Below are positions 58,467 to 64,000 of a DNA stretch of 64,000 nt, one piece after another. The position numbers and the translations under genes are program-made. Source of the stretch: Polyangiaceae bacterium (lineage in GTDB: Bacteria > Myxococcota_A > Polyangia > Polyangiales > Polyangiaceae); assembly GCA_044376115.1 (NCBI GenBank), contig JBILLK010000029.1, positions 64,001 through 128,000 on the forward strand, read 5' to 3'. The first letter of the stretch is position 1, and each line of letters opens with the position of its first letter. The notes under the pieces are model-generated. The model ran no database searches and was not told where the DNA came from. It worked only from the letters and a program-made list of their open reading frames with translations.

Positions 58467-59138
58467 TTACGGGCAGGCGCCGCCACAGGCGTAAAAGTCG
58501 CCGCCGCACGGCACCGGCTCACTGCCGTCTGCGCAATAACGGTCGCAGAGGGCGGCTCCGCCTTGGCAAGCCATGCGACAGACGCTGGCACCGCAGACTT
58601 GGGTGCAGCCCTCATAACAGGACATGTCGCATTGCTCGCCGGTGCACTCTTGCGTGCAATCTTCGTAGCAGCTCAGCTTGCAGCTTCCGCCAGAGCAGCC
58701 CTGATTGCAGCTGTCGTAGCAGTCGAGCGAGCAGCTGCTCGCGTCGCACCGCTGGACGTCGCAGAACTCATAGCAGGTCAGGTCGCAGAGCTCGGCAACA
58801 CAGGATTGGTCGCAGCTGCCGTAACAATCACTCGTGCACTCAATCCCCTCGCAAGGCTGGGCACAGCCCTCGTAACAGTCCACGACGCAGAAGTCGCACG
58901 CGCAACTTTGGTCGCAGTTGTTGCCTTTGCAGTTGGCCTGACACGTCGTGCCAGACCAGCCGCCTACTCCGCTGCCGGAGCTGCCACTTGGCCCAGGGCC
59001 GGTGGTACCGCTTGAAGTGCCGGTCGAGCTGCTTGCCCCAGCGCCCGAGGTGAAGCCTGTGCTTCCACTGTCACCGTCAGACGAACTTCCGTCTTCGACC
59101 ACGATGGTACTGCTGCAGGCGAGCAGCAGCACGGCCAA
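58467..59138 (-). CDS. Cys-rich repeat lipoprotein (17-aa CY repeat); start uncertain
   Basis: Lipobox LLAC; Ser/Gly linker; six CYxxCxxxCxxxxCxxx units. Confidence 0.8.
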   Translation of the reverse strand: MAVLLLACSSTIVVEDGSSSDGDSGSTGFTSGAGASSSTGTSSGTTGPGPSGSSGSGVGGWSGTTCQANCKGNNCDQSCACDFCVVDCYEGCAQPCEGIECTSDCYGSCDQSCVAELCDLTCYEFCDVQRCDASSCSLDCYDSCNQGCSGGSCKLSCYEDCTQECTGEQCDMSCYEGCTQVCGASVCRMACQGGAALCDRYCADGSEPVPCGGDFYACGGACP

Positions 59139-59352
59139 GACCTGTACGGAACTCGGTAGCGGCCAACGAGCGCGCGACGCAGATACCGCGGAAGGGACGT
59201 AGGCGCGGCTCGAATGGGGGTGCTCATCGCTCAGCAGTGTGCCTGAAGAACCTCGAACAGCTCAATGGCTCTTCGGTTCACCGATAGAACGCGAGAAGGC
59301 CCACGTGGCCGAGGCTCGCGACAAGAGCCGTTGAAAGCCAGCCGTTGGAGCC

Positions 59353-60546
59353 TCAGGGCGAAGAACAGGTGAAGCGCTGGACCGCGAAGTTCACCTCCTT
59401 GAGCGTTGGACTGCGCACATAGCCAACGAGCACCGTCGCGCCATCGGGCGAGGCCACCACACTGAGGCCGTTCTGCACGTAGTTCGAATCGGGGCCGGAG
59501 AGCGCCGCCTTGGTCACGTTGACCCCATCGGTGATGGCGACCTGATAGCCGCCAGCGGGGGTGCCCGCGACAAGGGCCACACCGTTCTCCTTCCAGTTCG
59601 CAAAACCGACGTCGCTCACCGTGTCCTCACCGAGCGGTTGGATCAGCTGCGAGCCCGAAGCTTCGACGCTCCATACGTCGACGCGCCATTCACCCTCGGA
59701 CGTGGGCACGCGCTTGCCAGCGAACCATACGCCGCCGGCCGCTCGCGGCAGGATCGCGCTCGAGTAGAGGTTTGGCGGTGCAGGCGCGAGCGCTGTGAGC
59801 GTTGTGCCCTCCACCGTGTGAAGTGCACCGCCGGCGCTGAGCACCATCCGACCCTCAGCGTCCGCGCCGGACACTTCAGGGAATCCAGGCACCATGAGCG
59901 TCGCGCTGGGCTCTGCCGCAGTGAGCGAGGCGTAGTAGCGCAGTTCGAGATCTTGCGACTGGTAGTAGCCCGATCCGCTCGGCTCGAGATACGCGCGTGG
60001 CCCCAGAAACCCACTCTCGAAGAAGGTGCCCGGCACGCCCCACTGCGCGCCCCAAACCTCGGTGACTCCGCTGACGATGAACGCTCGATCCGCGCGCGTG
60101 CTCAGCGAGCCCGAGGACGACCCGAGGTAGTGATCGGTGCCTGCCGAAAGTCCGGGCGGCCAGCTGGTGAAGGGATCGAGCAGACGATAGGCAACGACGC
60201 GCGAATCCCCGTCGGCATCGAGCGTTCGGTAGACGGCCAGCAACTCATCGGCGTTGATGGCGCCGATAGCGCCGTTCATCCCGAGCGATTCTGCAGGCAA
60301 CAGAAACGGGTCTCCATCCGCTTGCAACAGCTCGCATCCCGGCACCGCCGCAGGCCCGCTTCCACCCATTCCGCCGAACCCAGCGACGCCGCCGGCCCCA
60401 GCGACGCCGCCAGCCCCGGCGACGCCACCCATGCCGCTGCTCGCACCGTCTCCAGTGGCGCCACTTCCGCCCCCACCGTCCTCCACCTTCACCTCGGGGT
60501 CGCAGGCAAACAGCACCAAGGCAAGCAAGGTGTTACGATGAAGCAC
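59353..60546 (-). CDS. Hypothetical lipoprotein with Gly-rich linker
   Basis: Lipobox LFAC; GGVAGA repeats; beta-rich mature domain. Confidence 0.78.
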   Translation of the reverse strand: MLHRNTLLALVLFACDPEVKVEDGGGGSGATGDGASSGMGGVAGAGGVAGAGGVAGFGGMGGSGPAAVPGCELLQADGDPFLLPAESLGMNGAIGAINADELLAVYRTLDADGDSRVVAYRLLDPFTSWPPGLSAGTDHYLGSSSGSLSTRADRAFIVSGVTEVWGAQWGVPGTFFESGFLGPRAYLEPSGSGYYQSQDLELRYYASLTAAEPSATLMVPGFPEVSGADAEGRMVLSAGGALHTVEGTTLTALAPAPPNLYSSAILPRAAGGVWFAGKRVPTSEGEWRVDVWSVEASGSQLIQPLGEDTVSDVGFANWKENGVALVAGTPAGGYQVAITDGVNVTKAALSGPDSNYVQNGLSVVASPDGATVLVGYVRSPTLKEVNFAVQRFTCSSP

Positions 60547-60584
60547 GTGGTCACGCTAGCGTTAGAACAAACCGTCAAGCAACG

Positions 60585-61742
60585 GTGGATCACCGCGATC
60601 GCGGAGCAGAGGAACACGTGGGGAGTAGCGTGGAGAAACGATTGAAAGGTTCGAACACGGCACATCGACATCGTGGAGTGGCGCTTGGTTCGGCCATGCT
60701 CTTCTGCCTAATCGGGTGCAAAGCGCCCCCAGCCAGTCCGCCCGCACCGACTCCGAACAACGCGAATGGCTCGCCTCAACTGGCTTCATCGGCGTTGCCC
60801 GTGTGGACCGCAACCAGCGCGTCTACCCCGCCCGTAGCAGAGAGCGCAGCGCCTCTTCCGGCGATTCCGCCGGCTCCTGTCCTGCCTGAAGCGGAGGGCG
60901 CCGCAGCGATCGTTTGGGAGGAGGACAAGACCGCAGCGGGCACCTTCACGAGCACGTTGATCGAACCGAGCGGCACCGGCTACGTCGAGGTCGCCCGCCG
61001 GAAGGATCGAGTGTTCGTCGGGCCAGACGATCTGTTCGTGCTCGACAGTCGCAAAGCGACGGCCAAGTTGTGCGACTGCATGGCGTGCAATCTCGATGCT
61101 GACACCCCCTGCAGCCGGTTCACTTCTTCGACCGTCTTGCAGCCGTTCTTGCGCAGCCTCAAGTCCGGGCGCGCCTTCGATCCGTGGAAGAGCCGCTACG
61201 GCGGACCGATGGGCTGCGACACCGAGGGCAGCAACACCGAGATCACGATCACCGGCGGCGTCGGTACCATGCTGTTCTCGAGCGTCAGCGTGATGCACGT
61301 GTTCTGCCACGGCGCGCACCCCAATTTCGATGAAGACGCGCCCGTCCTCGATCTTGCTACACGGAAAGAGCGTGAACTCACACCTCCGCCGGAGGTGATG
61401 GCGCCGCTCATGGCGAGAGCCAAGGCCGAACTCGCCGGGGGCTGCGTGAACGCCGATGATGAACCGCAGCTCTACAGCAGCTCAGCGCGGTACGACGCGA
61501 AGGGCGTGCTGCATGGCGTATACGACTTCACCATCGGCGCGCCTTACGTCTGCGGGACAGGGCCGGGCCATTACTCCGTCCTCTCGAGCCAAACGAGCGA
61601 CTGGATCCCGCTGGAGCTTTTGCCCTGGGGCAAGCTCCCTGGCTGGGTGGCCGCCCACCTCGAGAAGACGGGCGCAACCCAAGCTTTCATGATCCCTGCG
61701 GAGCGTTTGAAGGCCGTGAAGGCCGAGTTCAACAAGCGCTAG
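60585..61742 (+). CDS. Hypothetical lipoprotein (Pro-rich linker, Cys pairs); start uncertain
   Basis: Lipobox LIGC; strong codon bias in the 3' part. Confidence 0.75.
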   Translation: MDHRDRGAEEHVGSSVEKRLKGSNTAHRHRGVALGSAMLFCLIGCKAPPASPPAPTPNNANGSPQLASSALPVWTATSASTPPVAESAAPLPAIPPAPVLPEAEGAAAIVWEEDKTAAGTFTSTLIEPSGTGYVEVARRKDRVFVGPDDLFVLDSRKATAKLCDCMACNLDADTPCSRFTSSTVLQPFLRSLKSGRAFDPWKSRYGGPMGCDTEGSNTEITITGGVGTMLFSSVSVMHVFCHGAHPNFDEDAPVLDLATRKERELTPPPEVMAPLMARAKAELAGGCVNADDEPQLYSSSARYDAKGVLHGVYDFTIGAPYVCGTGPGHYSVLSSQTSDWIPLELLPWGKLPGWVAAHLEKTGATQAFMIPAERLKAVKAEFNKR

Positions 61743-61760
61743 TGCGCTGTAGTAGGTAGC

Positions 61761-62639
61761 TCAAGCCTCAAGGAACTGATCGACGCGCCGCGCGAGGTCT
61801 TCACGTGCCTCTTCGGTCGAAGGCGGGCAGTGCCGTACGCCCAACAGCATGTCGGTCTTCGCGTGCGGGAAGAGTTCGCGAGCACGCTCCACGAGCTTGG
61901 CGCCGGGAAAGGAGAGATCCTTCTCTGCGGCGATCACCAGCGTCGGCTGCGTTAGCTGCGCCGTCTGCTCGACCGTGAAGAGCGGCGGCACCCGCAGATC
62001 CAGCTTCATGTACTTCATCGCGTCAGCGAAGTAGTGGCCCCAGTCTTCATCCCAGGTCGAGAAGATCGCCAAGAAGAACTTACGCAGCCGCGCCTCGCTC
62101 GGTGCGAGCTTGTACATCATCATCGGCCAGCCAACTTGGGTGAAGCCCTCCCACGCCGAGCCGTTGACGAACCCTGCCGGCACGACGAGCACGAGCTTCT
62201 TGGCGAGCTGCGGATGAGCGACCAGACCCTTGAGCGCGACGAAGCCGCCGAGGCTGACGCCGTAAAGAATGGCCGACTCGAGCCCCAGGCCCGCGAACAC
62301 ATCGGCGACCCAATCAGAATAGCTGTTGTCCTTGTGCGACGGCCGCAGCTCGACGCTCTTCCACGATTGACCCACCACGTCGACAGCGTGCACACGGTAC
62401 TTGCGCAAGAGCGGAGCTGCCTCCACGAGCACGTGCGCGCTAGTTGCCATGGCGCCGTGTAGCAGCACGATGGCCGGTCCGTCCTTGGGGCCGGCGCTGC
62501 GTACTTGAGTCGGCCCGAGCCGCGTCTCAATCACCTGAGCGCTGGTTGGGAAGCGTGACTCCACCTGCGCGAGGAATTTGTCATACCAACGATCCAGCTC
62601 CACGCGCGCCGCATCACTAGCCACGAAACCTGTGCTCAT
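61761..62639 (-). CDS. Alpha/beta hydrolase
   Basis: LLHG, DVVG, GVSLGG, PTLVIAAEKD, RHC; ATGA overlap with the TetR gene. Confidence 0.92.
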   Translation of the reverse strand: MSTGFVASDAARVELDRWYDKFLAQVESRFPTSAQVIETRLGPTQVRSAGPKDGPAIVLLHGAMATSAHVLVEAAPLLRKYRVHAVDVVGQSWKSVELRPSHKDNSYSDWVADVFAGLGLESAILYGVSLGGFVALKGLVAHPQLAKKLVLVVPAGFVNGSAWEGFTQVGWPMMMYKLAPSEARLRKFFLAIFSTWDEDWGHYFADAMKYMKLDLRVPPLFTVEQTAQLTQPTLVIAAEKDLSFPGAKLVERARELFPHAKTDMLLGVRHCPPSTEEAREDLARRVDQFLEA

Positions 62640-63352
62640 TTTATGCCCTTCTTCAAACCATTGAGGTGAACCGACATCAACTGATCGACGAGCGCCACCG
62701 GATCCGCGATCGCGCGTTGCGCCCACGAGATCAGCGCGAAGTAGTGGAAGGAAAGGAACGTCAACGCGACGAGCGGCGCCGCCACGTCGCTGGGTAGCTC
62801 CTTGCGCGCGATGGCCTGCACCACGAGCTCACTCAGGCGCGCATGCGCGAAGCCAGCCTGCAGCACGAAGCGGCCACGCCACGGCTCTTCACAAAGCAGC
62901 GACGCCTGCAGCAGTATGGCCGAGAGCCGCTCGTTCGCGCGGTAATAGGCGAATACGCAACTCGCCACGTGACGCAGCTGGGCCGCGAGCGGCTTCTTCG
63001 GCACCGTCTCAAACGCCTCGTTCAGGACGACCTCGAGGTCCGTGTGCAGCATCGCCTGCACGAGCCCGAGCTTGTCCCCGAAGTGCAGCGCCACTGTGCC
63101 CGTCGCCACACCCGCGAGCCGCGCAATCTCCCGCAGACTCGCCTGCTCAAAGCCGCGCTGGGTGAGCTCCTCGCGCGCGACCAGCAGGATGGCCGCACGC
63201 GTTTCGTCCTTCGCCGCCTGGCGCAGCCCCTTGGACGAGGGCGCTCTCGGCGGCACTGGAAACGATGCCGCTGGCGACGATGCCGCTGGCGAAGACTTGC
63301 GCGTCTTCACCGGCGGGAGCTTTGGGCGCTTTGGCTTACTGGGAGCTTTCAT
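62636..63352 (-). CDS. TetR/AcrR family transcriptional regulator
   Basis: TR.AIL.VA.E...GF..ASLREIA..AGVA.GT...HF.DK HTH. Confidence 0.92.
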   Translation of the reverse strand: MKAPSKPKRPKLPPVKTRKSSPAASSPAASFPVPPRAPSSKGLRQAAKDETRAAILLVAREELTQRGFEQASLREIARLAGVATGTVALHFGDKLGLVQAMLHTDLEVVLNEAFETVPKKPLAAQLRHVASCVFAYYRANERLSAILLQASLLCEEPWRGRFVLQAGFAHARLSELVVQAIARKELPSDVAAPLVALTFLSFHYFALISWAQRAIADPVALVDQLMSVHLNGLKKGIK

Positions 63353-63376
63353 GAACACGTTCAGTGAACGCGTTCA
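63352..63376. promoter_or_regulatory. Tandem palindromic operator, probably for the TetR regulator
   Basis: TGAACACGTTCA-G-TGAACGCGTTCA abutting the TetR start, downstream of minus-strand TTGACT-N17-TACACA. Confidence 0.7.
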
Positions 63377-63437
63377 TTGTGTAGAGCGACACTCAATTCG
63401 AGTCAAGCCCGCACGCAAAGCGCTACCTTCGATCGCG

Positions 63438-63908
63438 ATGTCGGACACAAAGCGGCGAATCACAGCGGGAGACTTCAGCGACGCCCGCGTCCTCGGGCTG
63501 CTCCGCGAGCACCTCGAGGGTATGCACGCCAATTCTCCTGCAGCCTCGGTCTACGCGCTCGATCTCAGCGGCCTGCAGGCTCCTGAGATCGCCTTCTTCT
63601 GCGTCTGGGAGAATGCGCAGCTGCTCGGCTGCGGCGCGCTCAAACAGCTTGACGCCGCGAACGGCGAACTCAAGTCGATGCGCACCGCGAGCGCGCACCT
63701 GCGCAAAGGCGTCGGCGCCATCATGCTCGAACACCTACTCGAGCTCGCGCGCTCCCGTAGCTATCGCAGGGTCTCGCTCGAGACCGGCTCCGGCCCGGCG
63801 TTCGAGCCAGCGCTAGCGCTCTATCGCCGTTACGGCTTCGTGAACGGCCCGGCTTTTGGCAACTACGTCGCGAGCGAGTTCAACCAGTTTTTGCACCTCG
63901 AGCTGTGA
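63438..63908 (+). CDS. GNAT N-acetyltransferase
   Basis: SVYALD...L, GCGALK, GELKSMRT...RKGVG, SLETG, A.ALY...GF. Confidence 0.92.
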   Translation: MSDTKRRITAGDFSDARVLGLLREHLEGMHANSPAASVYALDLSGLQAPEIAFFCVWENAQLLGCGALKQLDAANGELKSMRTASAHLRKGVGAIMLEHLLELARSRSYRRVSLETGSGPAFEPALALYRRYGFVNGPAFGNYVASEFNQFLHLEL

Positions 63909-64000
63909 GCCGCTGAGTCAATCGTCAGCGCCGCGAGGTCCGTGGGAGACTCGAAGGGCGGACAACCGCAAGGTCCGGCGACCCGCGCCTTGTAAACAAG

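Noticed and set aside
63909..64000. Possible gene end at the right edge
   Set aside because: Too short to assign frame or product.

Overview
GC-rich bacterial chromosome segment, almost certainly from a myxobacterium (Myxococcota, probably Polyangiaceae/Sorangiineae; inferred from five Hanks-type Ser/Thr kinases, three TPR-PEGA-like proteins, a MYXO-CTERM sorting tail and many Cys/Gly-rich lipoproteins). About 56 CDS are supported. They include smpB, mltG, a double-length uvrA, a PilT-family ATPase, a COG0523 GTPase, an isoaspartyl peptidase, a GST and an OmpR/histidine kinase-ApbE-ferric reductase-cytochrome b cluster. I saw no rRNA, tRNA, CRISPR array, integrase or transposase. Most notable observations: (1) a self-contained sigma54 signalling island at 14.7-22.5 kb, with two back-to-back -24/-12 promoters and a shared enhancer driving two Cys-rich lipoproteins, next to kinase/TPR/lipoprotein genes and a pseudo-receiver enhancer-binding protein coupled to a kinase; (2) a recurring kinase plus TPR-PEGA module that may span the envelope; (3) an unannotated, highly structured ~315-nt minus-strand transcription unit at 30.87-31.19 kb containing a 14-codon ORF with a strong Shine-Dalgarno; (4) a presenilin/SPP-like GxGD protease in the mltG operon; (5) an ApbE cluster with no canonical flavinylation target and a shared ATGAGA-N4-TCTCAT operator. 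Product calls come from motif recognition by eye, with no database search; many start codons were re-chosen from RBS or gene-overlap evidence.
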